IMG/VR virus record: IMGVR_UViG_3300032288_003288
Direction: 5' to 3' (one strand)
Source of the DNA: a virus
Length of the DNA: 64,000 nt
Shown piece by piece: positions 10,410 through 19,979 of the stretch (within the stretch, counting starts at the first letter, position 1; every line of letters begins with the position of its first letter). The notes under the pieces were generated by a model that worked only from the letters and a program-made list of their open reading frames with translations, was not told where the DNA came from and did not search any database. Both the position numbers and the translations under genes were made by a program.

Positions 10410-13400
10410 TATTCTTGCTCTACAACACTCTCAGCTATGGTGACAGGGACACTAAACTTATCTTCGATCTGTACTGAACCGAACATCTTAGTGCCTGCAA
10501 CGTGCATTACTTTCATGAACATCTCTTTATACTTATCGATAGAGAGTCGGCTCATGACGTCGTATGAATATTCTTGATAGTAATCACCGTCATAGATATA
10601 TTTATCTGCACTCAAGAAACCTTTATTGTTTTTATAAAACCCGCTAGCTTGACCTGTTCCTTCTACGAAGGCTGTGGCCGTACCGCTATTTTCTCCGTCT
10701 AGACTAGTAAATGTGATCAAAGCTCCGTTACTATAACCTAGACCAGAATCTAAGACTTCTAAACCAGTAACTAGACCCGCAGAGATCAACGCAGTGCTGT
10801 TGACCACTGCATCGAGGCCGATTGACGCAGTGGTCAGATTTGCTTGAGATATCGTCAGGTTGCCCGTAGCGCCTGAAGATGTGCCTACGACGTTGCTGCC
10901 GACTATAAAGTTTTTGACACTCAGCCTTTCGACTTGCATGAATATGTCATTAGATCCAGATAGCCCGACCGAAATTACTTTGCCGCGAGCAACGTTTTCT
11001 TGCTGTCCAGAAGTGACACTTACGATAGCCTGATTCGCTGTGGTGTTTGAGAAGCTGACTGCGTTGTTTCCAGCAGTAAAACCGGCGCTATTTGAAACTC
11101 CAACGAGCACCAGAGTGTTACTGGTGACATATGACAGGATGCCGTTAGACAGGTTATTTGCTGCGCTATAGATCAAATCTCCGACAGTAAAGCCGTTAGT
11201 GTTACTCACTACTACATTTAGTGTATTGACATTTGCAAATCTTTGCAGAATGGTTTCGCCGCTAACGAACGTCTTGTCGATGCCTTCTACTTTCAGATAG
11301 TAGTCTTTAAGTCCAGATCCAGCAACCCTCGGTTCATAGAGCAGTGCAACAGGATCAGCGGTATAGTCTTCGCCAGGATTTGTAGTGGTAATGAGACCTA
11401 TGCTGCCTATCGTTCTAGCTTGAATGTCTAGCGCAGATAAGACGTAACTATTGGCATTTGCGCTGGGGAATTTTGGAAAGCCATAAGTCGCGGCAGCCAG
11501 CGCGGTGTTAAGATAGCTAGTATTTCCAGGAAACACTAGATCTGTATTGAACCATGCAACCTCTGTATCATCAATGTCAATAACATTATACTCGCCGTCT
11601 TTACCAAGGCTACTAGAATCTATATAAAAAGAAGTATTCGTCAGCGTGGTTTGGGCCACTGATGTATTAGAAACCGAAAGAGTTACAGAGCCATTTGCCA
11701 GAGTAAGAGCAGAGTTAGAAGTAAATGCTGTAGAGTTGACGATCGATGCAACTTTACTAGAAATTGAAGTGTTGACTATCTGCGTGTTAGACGACCCGCT
11801 GATGACATCATTTGTGGAGATATCACTCGTATTTCCTGTCGTCAAGACAAACAGAGTCGTGTTTGACGTGTTAGAAGAAACTGTTAGGTTGGCGGTAGCA
11901 AGAGTAGCTCCGAATCGTGGCTCGGTGTTAGTAACGACGATGTTTGCAGACCCGTTTGCCACGATCAGCGAGTTGTTGACGATAAAGGCAGTAGAGTTGA
12001 CGATGCTAGAAATCTTCGCTGCGTTGTACGTATTGACTACAGCCAGATTGCTAGAGTCTCTTATCAGATCTCCAACGTGTAAGTTTGCTGTGTTGCCAGT
12101 CGAAAGAATAAACTGAAGAGGAGCTCCAGAATTTGCAGTAACGGCCAAAGATTGACTGTTGCCTACCACATTGGCCACAGAAATATCAGTAGTGAGTGTT
12201 ACGAAAGTGGCAGAAGTGTTTGATGCTCTGAAGAGTAGATCTACAGAATTTGTAAATACCCCACTATAATTTTGTAATGTAATGAAACCTGTACCAGCAG
12301 TTAGCGATACTTGTGCTACTGTGCCGTTTGCAGTGATTTCGTTGTTTGCATTGACCTGATAACACTCTTCTCCGACAGTGACGAGGCTCGACGCGTCGGT
12401 AACAGAGAGAGCAACGTTGCTACTGATTCCTACGATTCTTCCTTTGGTATTTGCTTGAGAAACTACATCGAGTAGGTGGAAGTATTCTGTTGTCGTTGTA
12501 GCTACGTTTGATACTCTCAGAGTCTGCAGAGACAGAAGCTCTTGGGCATCTATCGTATATCCATAGCCGGTCTTAAAAAGCGAAAAGTCGACGAAACCAG
12601 AAATGTCAGTGATGGAAGTAACACGTGCTTGCCCACCGCTGCCCTGTAGAGCGCTGAGATTGACGAGATCTCCTACTACAAAGTTAGATCCTCCGTTAGT
12701 TACGTTTAACTCTTTAAGAGAGCCGAACACCACTGGAGAGTCTGAATAGATCTTCTCAGCGCCGACGACTTCGTCTTTGACAAACTCACCGACCATGTTG
12801 CTGATATAGAGTAGGTTGACCCAGATGCCGCGCGATCTGATTCGAATAAACTTTTCGACAAAGGCCTCTGCACCGGAAGTTTGACCTCTGATTACCTTAC
12901 CTACTAGATCTACGCTACGATCTGTTGCAGACACGCTGAGATATATCGGCTTGAACCATTGACCGTCAGATGGCTTAAGAACGTGTTCACCTGGAACATA
13001 GATCTCTGCCTTCGTCCCATAGATAAGTTTGAAGAATAGATCGATGCCGCGTTCTGTGCCTTTTGATCTATACAGATTCAGTGAATTCTTTACGACCAGC
13101 GGCCTGTTTGTAGCTACGTCAAACTGAATGTTCTTGAGATACTTCTCTTTGAAGTGCACGACAAATCTATCGATAGTATTGTCGATGTCCCTATACTTCA
13201 TGACCTTACGAGAATGAAATAGGGGATTCGTCGAACCCGACTCTTCAATGTACGTACTGCCTCCGCCTGAGCTAACAAACGGAGACAGCACGTTGCATCT
13301 TAGTTTACAGCGGAAGGGTGCAGTCGTGGTGGTGTAAACTAAGACGCTAGACTCTACGTCATCGACGTATACTATAGTACCGGAGGCGTCTTCTCCGACC

Positions 13401-13588
13401 AATTCTTGTGTGACAGTATCACCTACAGAAAATCCTGTCAGATCTTCGAGGATCAAAAACTGATAGTGAGATTCCAAAAACTCGTAGTAGGCCTTTACAA
13501 AGGCCACGAAGTTCTGTCCCTCATCCCGATAAAAGTCAGGAAAAAGATTATCGATTAATGGAGAGATAAACTGTTCTACGGTCTTCAT
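10409..13588 (-). CDS. gp7: Baseplate wedge initiator gp7-like
   Basis: FVKAYYEFLE, LYRSKGTE..LFFKLIYG and DGDYYQEYSY...HVAGTKMFG motifs. Confidence 0.8.
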   Translation of the reverse strand: MKTVEQFISPLIDNLFPDFYRDEGQNFVAFVKAYYEFLESHYQFLILEDLTGFSVGDTVTQELVGEDASGTIVYVDDVESSVLVYTTTTAPFRCKLRCNVLSPFVSSGGGSTYIEESGSTNPLFHSRKVMKYRDIDNTIDRFVVHFKEKYLKNIQFDVATNRPLVVKNSLNLYRSKGTERGIDLFFKLIYGTKAEIYVPGEHVLKPSDGQWFKPIYLSVSATDRSVDLVGKVIRGQTSGAEAFVEKFIRIRSRGIWVNLLYISNMVGEFVKDEVVGAEKIYSDSPVVFGSLKELNVTNGGSNFVVGDLVNLSALQGSGGQARVTSITDISGFVDFSLFKTGYGYTIDAQELLSLQTLRVSNVATTTTEYFHLLDVVSQANTKGRIVGISSNVALSVTDASSLVTVGEECYQVNANNEITANGTVAQVSLTAGTGFITLQNYSGVFTNSVDLLFRASNTSATFVTLTTDISVANVVGNSQSLAVTANSGAPLQFILSTGNTANLHVGDLIRDSSNLAVVNTYNAAKISSIVNSTAFIVNNSLIVANGSANIVVTNTEPRFGATLATANLTVSSNTSNTTLFVLTTGNTSDISTNDVISGSSNTQIVNTSISSKVASIVNSTAFTSNSALTLANGSVTLSVSNTSVAQTTLTNTSFYIDSSSLGKDGEYNVIDIDDTEVAWFNTDLVFPGNTSYLNTALAAATYGFPKFPSANANSYVLSALDIQARTIGSIGLITTTNPGEDYTADPVALLYEPRVAGSGLKDYYLKVEGIDKTFVSGETILQRFANVNTLNVVVSNTNGFTVGDLIYSAANNLSNGILSYVTSNTLVLVGVSNSAGFTAGNNAVSFSNTTANQAIVSVTSGQQENVARGKVISVGLSGSNDIFMQVERLSVKNFIVGSNVVGTSSGATGNLTISQANLTTASIGLDAVVNSTALISAGLVTGLEVLDSGLGYSNGALITFTSLDGENSGTATAFVEGTGQASGFYKNNKGFLSADKYIYDGDYYQEYSYDVMSRLSIDKYKEMFMKVMHVAGTKMFGSVQIEDKFSVPVTIAESVVEQE

Positions 13589-13591
13589 TCA

Positions 13592-15406
13592 TTATTCTCT
13601 TATTGGAATAATATCGATAACGACATCTTGGGCTGAGATATTAAGAATGATATCTTTTGATGAAAAGATGTCTTTGACTCGTGGTTTGGCATAGATCTTG
13701 ATGTCTGTGCCGTCGTATCCTTCAGTCTTGAAGTTTGCCAAGAATATTTTTCCAGTCTCATAATCCACTGTGCCAGCGAAGCCTAGACTCGTATGTTGCT
13801 GATTAGATTCGCTCACCGAGATGTATTCTAAGTTGCCCATCCCATCGTCTTCCAAGTACACTCTCTGTCCGTTCAAAGTTTTGAACGGAGTAGACTCGAT
13901 GATGTGTTCTTCAACAATAGGATGGAAGTTGCCTGTAGTAACTACAGTAGTCTTCAGAGGAATACCAAAATTGAGCTCATAGTTCTTAGTTCTATTGAGT
14001 TGCGGCCTAAAGTACTTGACTGCTAGAACATCTGTCTCGTTGGACACTATTCCCGTTGCAGCAGAGTCGATCGACTGAACGAGCTTTGAGTATCTCATAG
14101 TACGATTGAAGTCGTTGAGATTGTCATTTGCATAGCGCTGAATGGCTGCCATGACCAGCAACTTAAGATCTCCCGTACTAAGAGCAGAGACGTTGACGTT
14201 GTATCTGACCAACGATCTTACTGAGATATACACGTAGTCGGGATTTGTAAAGATGGGTTCGATCGAGACCATTGTGCGTGGCTTAAGGAAGTTGTAGTAT
14301 TCTTCGATCTTACCAGAAGGGAGAATGTCGGTCTCTTTAAGATCTACTGCCACAAAGACTCTTCCATATTGCGGAGGATCTACAGTCTCACCACCAAATG
14401 CTGAGACTGCATTGATTTCGGGGAAGTTGAGTTTGAGTAGGTTCTCAAAGTCTTCTGTGGTAACAGCGCGTTCTTGAGTAGTAAAGGCTCGAGGAGCATT
14501 AAACTTGATAGACTCCATCGTCTCGTTGACCGAGCCAGCTTCTGCCTTCTTATTTGTAGTAATGAGAATGTCGCTAGATCCGCCGATAGAAGCGTCTGGC
14601 CTAAATTGATTACATCCGTTAGGAAGCTCGCCTTGACTGATGCGATATTCGATGACCACCACGGAGTTGTCTTTTGGTTTACGGCCGATGACGTCGTCTC
14701 CAAAAACTATCTCATATGTGTTATTCTCTGCACCCTGTAAGAAAAATACTTTAGACGTCTCATCATATCCAAACAACGAAGTCGCTCGTTTGTACGTCTG
14801 AGTCGTGGCACCCAGATCTTCTAGCACCGTGACGTTGATGCTCGAGATGTCTACTTGGCGATTAGATATCAAGAATCTCTGCACCGTTCCAGGCACGGTA
14901 GTGTATGTGTCTGTGACGTATGTGCCTTCATAGATATCAACGTTTTGTTCTAGAAAGGTCGAGATGTTACCGGTAACACCCGTCTTATTTGTACAGACGA
15001 TATTCTCTGAAGTAGTAAAAGTAAAGACTCTGTCATTAAATCGTGAAGTAAACGAAGTGCCCTTAGGAATACTGATAGCGCGCGTTTCTGGATTGGTAAC
15101 GCTGATTCGAATATTGACGTTGGCTACAGCAGAAGTAAAAGATGCAGGCGTGTAGTTAAGCTCTTTGGCATGAGAGACGACAGTATCTCTTAGCTGCGCG
15201 GTGTCCAAGAACATCTCGTTGCCCACCATGTTCAGATAGAACGAGTTCATGTATGTGTTGTATGCCAATAGATCTAGCAAGACTGAGATGTTTGATCCCT
15301 CAAAGTCATAGTCTTTGAAACGATCTTGCGACCGCAGATACTGTTTGAAAGTATTCTTTAGTCTTTCGAAGTCTAGATTGCTTAGGATTACACTGGTATT
15401 TGCCAT
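13592..15406 (-). CDS. gp6: Baseplate wedge subunit gp6
   Basis: LDFERLK, DYDFEGSNISVLLDLLAYNT, EMFLDTAQLR and QERAVTTEDF motifs. Confidence 0.92.
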   Translation of the reverse strand: MANTSVILSNLDFERLKNTFKQYLRSQDRFKDYDFEGSNISVLLDLLAYNTYMNSFYLNMVGNEMFLDTAQLRDTVVSHAKELNYTPASFTSAVANVNIRISVTNPETRAISIPKGTSFTSRFNDRVFTFTTSENIVCTNKTGVTGNISTFLEQNVDIYEGTYVTDTYTTVPGTVQRFLISNRQVDISSINVTVLEDLGATTQTYKRATSLFGYDETSKVFFLQGAENNTYEIVFGDDVIGRKPKDNSVVVIEYRISQGELPNGCNQFRPDASIGGSSDILITTNKKAEAGSVNETMESIKFNAPRAFTTQERAVTTEDFENLLKLNFPEINAVSAFGGETVDPPQYGRVFVAVDLKETDILPSGKIEEYYNFLKPRTMVSIEPIFTNPDYVYISVRSLVRYNVNVSALSTGDLKLLVMAAIQRYANDNLNDFNRTMRYSKLVQSIDSAATGIVSNETDVLAVKYFRPQLNRTKNYELNFGIPLKTTVVTTGNFHPIVEEHIIESTPFKTLNGQRVYLEDDGMGNLEYISVSESNQQHTSLGFAGTVDYETGKIFLANFKTEGYDGTDIKIYAKPRVKDIFSSKDIILNISAQDVVIDIIPIRE

Positions 15407-15825
15407 TATCGGACTCTTTTAAGAACTACTGAAACGGCCGTCGGTTCCAGCACATTGACTACGTAAAAGTATATGTTAACTCTGTAGCTCTGATCTACTT
15501 CGATCGGAGTAACTTCGACGTTGATGATCTTGGCTCTCTTCTCATAGTTGCCTAATACCTCACGAATATTTGATTCTATCATGAGTGCAGTTTCTGGAGA
15601 AATGGGATCGAACAACATCTTTCTGATGTCTCCGCCCAGATTAGGAGCGAAAAGCCTTTCGGTCCTGTTGGTCAGCACCAAGTTACGAATAGAGCGACGA
15701 ACTGCAAACTCATTAGACAGAAGAAAGGCATCCCCAGAATTTGGATGAGGAGTCAAGTCTGTGCTAAAGTCGCTGTACAGCTCTAAAGTCTTATTGCGAC
15801 CAGTTTGAAAAGACGCTCTAGACAT
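15406..15825 (-). CDS. gp25: Baseplate wedge subunit gp25
   Basis: AVRRSIRNLVLTNRTERLFAPNLGG motif; ends LKRVR directly before gp6. Confidence 0.9.
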   Translation of the reverse strand: MSRASFQTGRNKTLELYSDFSTDLTPHPNSGDAFLLSNEFAVRRSIRNLVLTNRTERLFAPNLGGDIRKMLFDPISPETALMIESNIREVLGNYEKRAKIINVEVTPIEVDQSYRVNIYFYVVNVLEPTAVSVVLKRVR

Positions 15826-15843
15826 GTATCTGTGTTGTTCCTA

Positions 15844-16410
15844 TCATATCATTGTATTTATAGTGATTTGGTTGCTGGTATTCGAGCTAAAAACTATTGT
15901 TACGCCCTTTTCATCTTCCAAAAATGCTTTGAATATCGGTGTTCCAGCTGGAGCAGATACATTTTTTTCTTCTATGGTCTGATTTGATACGGCCATCCTA
16001 TCGACCGCATCAAAGCTATCGAAAGATTTCATCTCACTAGTGATCTGCGCAGTTTTTATTGAAGCTCTAAAGGGAACGAAACGAGTCTCTTTAGTCTTTC
16101 CGGTCTTTTTGTCGTATTCTCTAAACCTAACAATCTCGGTATTGTCGCCTATCTTACGATACTGAAAGTAGTAATTTACTACGTCTTTGTCTTGTGAGTA
16201 TACGACTCGCTCTTTGCTGTCTTTGATAAATGTGTATGAAGAGCTTGGAATTACAGATTTTCCTATGAACTTTGTGATTTCTGCGATGGGATCCATTGAA
16301 ATCCCAGCAGTCCCGTAAAGCTTTTCTGCTGCTTCAGTTCTCTCATCTTGTTCTGTAGGATCGTCTGGATTTGTCTTTATAATTCCAGATAATTCATATA
16401 TCTTTGTCAT
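15844..16410 (-). CDS. Hypothetical protein in the baseplate cluster
   Basis: 188-aa ORF coupled (ATGA overlap) to the upstream gene. Confidence 0.7.
   Translation of the reverse strand: MTKIYELSGIIKTNPDDPTEQDERTEAAEKLYGTAGISMDPIAEITKFIGKSVIPSSSYTFIKDSKERVVYSQDKDVVNYYFQYRKIGDNTEIVRFREYDKKTGKTKETRFVPFRASIKTAQITSEMKSFDSFDAVDRMAVSNQTIEEKNVSAPAGTPIFKAFLEDEKGVTIVFSSNTSNQITINTMI
15855..15862 (-). promoter_or_regulatory. T4-type late promoter TATAAATA
   Basis: Exact motif about 30 nt upstream of gp25. Confidence 0.75.
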
Positions 16411-19247
16411 GGCAACTCCACTTTCGGAAGTCTTGAAACCCCTGCAGGAACTAGGTCGGTCTTGATATTTGCCTTATCTATGATGTCACCCATAGACATG
16501 TTTGTTTTGCGTATAGGTATCCCTTCATACCCATATTTGGTATACTCCACTCTAATATTGTCTGGTAGTATACTATACACTAGCTTCATTAGATTGAAGG
16601 CTTGGGGGAATATTAATTTCATGGCTGTGCCGACAGGGAATCTGCCTGTGCATATGTCTATGACCATTTCTATGGCTTTGAGAATAGTTCCTAGAATAGG
16701 GAACATCTTCAGAATCATGGAAGGTAGGCTGAGGATGAGATCATAAAACTTCTTAAGGAACGCACCAGAAAAAAACCTACGAATCTTGTCCATCAGATCG
16801 GCCCAAGCTTCTTTGACTCTTACCAGAACATTCTCTTTTATGTGGACTTTAAACTTCTTGACTTCTTCTTTCCAGTTTATGCCCATCACTTTGCCTACAG
16901 TCCCGAATAACGGGATCGGGATGTTTAAAATTTGATCGATCAAGCCATCTAGAAGCTTATCTGCCATATCTTTTAACTTGACGATAAGCTTCTTGTCGCT
17001 GTCTTTTACTGATCCACCCTTGCCGTCTTTCTTTTTAAAGCTCTTGTAGATGTCTTCTATCTGTTTCTTGATGGCTTTATACTTGGCAACAGCTGCGTCC
17101 CAGATCGCATCGAAGATCTTATTGAGAGAGATTGAAGGATCGATCAGTATGCCTAGAGCCTTGATAATAGAGCCGATTATCGGGATCTTGGTCAGAAAGC
17201 TCCAGATAGCGTTGACGATGTCGATGACTGTCACATTCAAGATATTTTTAATCCATTGCACGATACGATTATAGATCTCTTCGATCTTATACTCGATAGC
17301 TTCGATGCCGCGCTCTGCATAGATCTCGATCATCTTTGGATCTATAGCACCTATGGCTTTCTCTACTTGCTTATATTTCTCTTTCAATACTTTCTTGAAG
17401 TTTTCTTTGTCTATAAAGTAGTCCAAGATCCTTAGACCTAGACCAGGAATCGGGAAGTTAAAGATGCTCAAGAATGTAGATACAAACGGGATCTTAGTAA
17501 GAGCTCTGATCATGCGTTGGACTAACCAGAGCTCGATGTTCTTCATAAACTCTCTGACTTTATATTCCATTTCGTGTTCCCAGTTCTTTAGCCGGTCAAA
17601 CACCTTGGGAAAGATTCCTGTAATAGTCTCGATAGTCTTTTCAATATTTTTGATGGCGTCCGCAAAGGCACGCTGAGCTTCTTGATCAAAAGCAGATATT
17701 CGTGATCTATACTCAAACAGTTGCAGTTTAAGCTGCGCAGGTATGGTTCCGATAGTCTTGAAATACTCGATCAAATTCTTGTAATTAAAGTTCCCGTTAT
17801 TGGTTATTTCAAGCTCGAACGGTCGTGGCATGTACACTGTAAATAACTTTTCTGGAAGTGCAGCGAGACCTGCGACAGACGGCTTCGCTCTAAGTCCAGC
17901 TAATGGAGACTCAAAGAGTTCTGTCTTAACACCAGTATAGTCTTTAGCGTATGAAGAAACAAAATCACCTTCATACAATACATCAAATTCACCAGAATAG
18001 TTTGTAGAATAATCTACGTCATAGATCAGTTCATAAGGAGTCTCTACACTGCCCGTATACTCTGTAGTATACTCGTCATCTTCATAGCTAGACTCATACG
18101 TGCCGATATATTCTACGGCATAACTTCCACTATACGAACCGATGAATGGTGCTTCAAAGGCTTTTTGATATACAGAAGTAAAAGTTTCTTGATATTGCCC
18201 TGAAGTTTCATAAGTCTGTTCATACGGCAGTATGAAGTCTGTCGTATAAGTGTCTGCGTTATAAGCTTGACCGAACTGTAAGATATAATCTTGAGTATAG
18301 GTCGTTTCATACGTAATATCATATACAGAACCATACTCTGCAGAGTAGTCGCTGAATACTGTAGGATTATATTCAGCTGCAGTAAACTCTTTGATATACG
18401 TTCCGGTGTAGTCTCTCAGATATTGCGAAACATATAGACCAGAATATGTTGCTGTATAAGAACCTGCAGCTCCGAACCCAAATCCGGGTTCATCATATAA
18501 AAGTTCATAGGTTAATATATACGGACCAGCGTCATATACTACAGAATCATAGTCTCTTTGATATGTGTGACTATAGTTTTGTTCGTATAGCGGTGTGCCG
18601 TAAGTTCTTTCATAATCCGTAGACGTATAGCTGGCTAAATAGTTTCCAATGTATTTGGTAGTACCATCATATGTCGGTCCAGCATAACTAATATCAAAGT
18701 TTTCAGTGTTATAAAGAACGTTAAAGTTTGCTGAATAGTCACTTGAAAGATAAGAGACGGTAAAATCGCCACCATACGACACGTTATATCCGACAGTAGG
18801 ACCAGCATAGCTCTTCTCATAACTTAGAAGAACATAGTCAATCAAGTAGTCTGTCTGATATTCTAGATCATAGCTACCGTCGAACGTGCCGTAAGTGCGT
18901 TGATATGTTACAAGATAGTCAGAAGTATATGTGAGCTCATAGTCTATTTCGTAGGACTCTTGATATATTAGGCCTTCGAAGTCTGACTCGTATGTCGTTA
19001 TAGCGTATTCTGAGATAAAAGTGCCAGAATATTTAGTAATAATATCGTACGCTTCTTCATATGCGTTAGTGAAATCTGTCTCATAAGAGGCCAAATAGAG
19101 AGAAGCGTAGTTTACAAATACTGTGCCTGTGTACGTGGCAAGTTCATACGCCAGCGTATATAAGGTTTCATAAGTCCCCTCATATGTGCCAGCGTATAGC
19201 GTACTATACGTCGTATCATAATCACTCGTGTATAGTGCACTTGTCAT
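16407..19247 (-). CDS. 946-aa protein with an N-terminal Tyr tetrad-repeat (YxxxYxxx) region and a C-terminal amphipathic helical region
   Basis: About 440 N-terminal residues with Y/F at nearly every 4th position; overlaps the gp5 stop (ATGA). Confidence 0.8.
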   Translation of the reverse strand: MTSALYTSDYDTTYSTLYAGTYEGTYETLYTLAYELATYTGTVFVNYASLYLASYETDFTNAYEEAYDIITKYSGTFISEYAITTYESDFEGLIYQESYEIDYELTYTSDYLVTYQRTYGTFDGSYDLEYQTDYLIDYVLLSYEKSYAGPTVGYNVSYGGDFTVSYLSSDYSANFNVLYNTENFDISYAGPTYDGTTKYIGNYLASYTSTDYERTYGTPLYEQNYSHTYQRDYDSVVYDAGPYILTYELLYDEPGFGFGAAGSYTATYSGLYVSQYLRDYTGTYIKEFTAAEYNPTVFSDYSAEYGSVYDITYETTYTQDYILQFGQAYNADTYTTDFILPYEQTYETSGQYQETFTSVYQKAFEAPFIGSYSGSYAVEYIGTYESSYEDDEYTTEYTGSVETPYELIYDVDYSTNYSGEFDVLYEGDFVSSYAKDYTGVKTELFESPLAGLRAKPSVAGLAALPEKLFTVYMPRPFELEITNNGNFNYKNLIEYFKTIGTIPAQLKLQLFEYRSRISAFDQEAQRAFADAIKNIEKTIETITGIFPKVFDRLKNWEHEMEYKVREFMKNIELWLVQRMIRALTKIPFVSTFLSIFNFPIPGLGLRILDYFIDKENFKKVLKEKYKQVEKAIGAIDPKMIEIYAERGIEAIEYKIEEIYNRIVQWIKNILNVTVIDIVNAIWSFLTKIPIIGSIIKALGILIDPSISLNKIFDAIWDAAVAKYKAIKKQIEDIYKSFKKKDGKGGSVKDSDKKLIVKLKDMADKLLDGLIDQILNIPIPLFGTVGKVMGINWKEEVKKFKVHIKENVLVRVKEAWADLMDKIRRFFSGAFLKKFYDLILSLPSMILKMFPILGTILKAIEMVIDICTGRFPVGTAMKLIFPQAFNLMKLVYSILPDNIRVEYTKYGYEGIPIRKTNMSMGDIIDKANIKTDLVPAGVSRLPKVELP

Positions 19248-19972
19248 GGATTGATGTTAACCTTAGGCGCCAAGAGGTTTATCTCGGATCTAGAAACTAT
19301 ATTGACGTCCTGAGCTCCGTCGATGGTGATAGAGCCTTTATTAGCTACTATCTTGATGTCTCCTCCATGAACATAGATCGTCTTGTCTTTGATCACCACG
19401 TTCATGTCCTCGTCCACCACCTTGGTGACCATTCTGCCCTTCTCATTGATCTCTACATATGACCCGCTCTTGTGATAGACGTGTAGTCTTTCATGAGCAG
19501 ACGTGTCATCGATCTCGACGATATGACCGGAACGAGATTCGAATACTTGATTGAACGGATATTGGGCCGCATAGGCAGTAGTTGGTTCAGGACCAACCAC
19601 GGTCTTACGAATCTTATTCTCCCCACGAGCCAACTTATTGACGTCGTGTTGAGTAGGATCATTGCGCGGGATCTTGTGAAAGGTGCCCATGACAACAGGA
19701 AACTGCCCGCCTTGCCCGTCCAAGAAGAAGCCGATGACAGTAGAACCTTGTACTAGACCGGTAGGAGAGTTGCCCTTCTGATCTACGCTGGCAGATGAGC
19801 ATGGCATCATGACCACTGCCCATGGAATGTCTTCAGATGTCAGCTCAGCGTCGTGTAGATTTACGACTCTGACCTTTACTCTGCCTAATTTTTGGGGATC
19901 GTCTAGGTTCTCGACTACGCCAGTAAACCAGCGAAAGCCTTCTTCACCCATGTTTTGAATAGTACCTGACAT
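19244..19972 (-). CDS. gp5: Baseplate hub/spike gp5 (OB fold plus short beta-helix, no lysozyme domain)
   Basis: WFTGVVENLDDPQKLGRVKVR, GFFLDG and YPFNQVFESRSGHIVEIDDT..ERLHVYHKSGSYVEI motifs. Confidence 0.9.
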   Translation of the reverse strand: MSGTIQNMGEEGFRWFTGVVENLDDPQKLGRVKVRVVNLHDAELTSEDIPWAVVMMPCSSASVDQKGNSPTGLVQGSTVIGFFLDGQGGQFPVVMGTFHKIPRNDPTQHDVNKLARGENKIRKTVVGPEPTTAYAAQYPFNQVFESRSGHIVEIDDTSAHERLHVYHKSGSYVEINEKGRMVTKVVDEDMNVVIKDKTIYVHGGDIKIVANKGSITIDGAQDVNIVSRSEINLLAPKVNINP

Positions 19973-19979
19973 ATTATCC

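Noticed and set aside
17900-19247. Diversity-generating retroelement target or DNA tandem repeat in the Tyr-rich region
   Set aside because: No template/variable repeat pair or reverse transcriptase seen; the periodicity is at protein level only.
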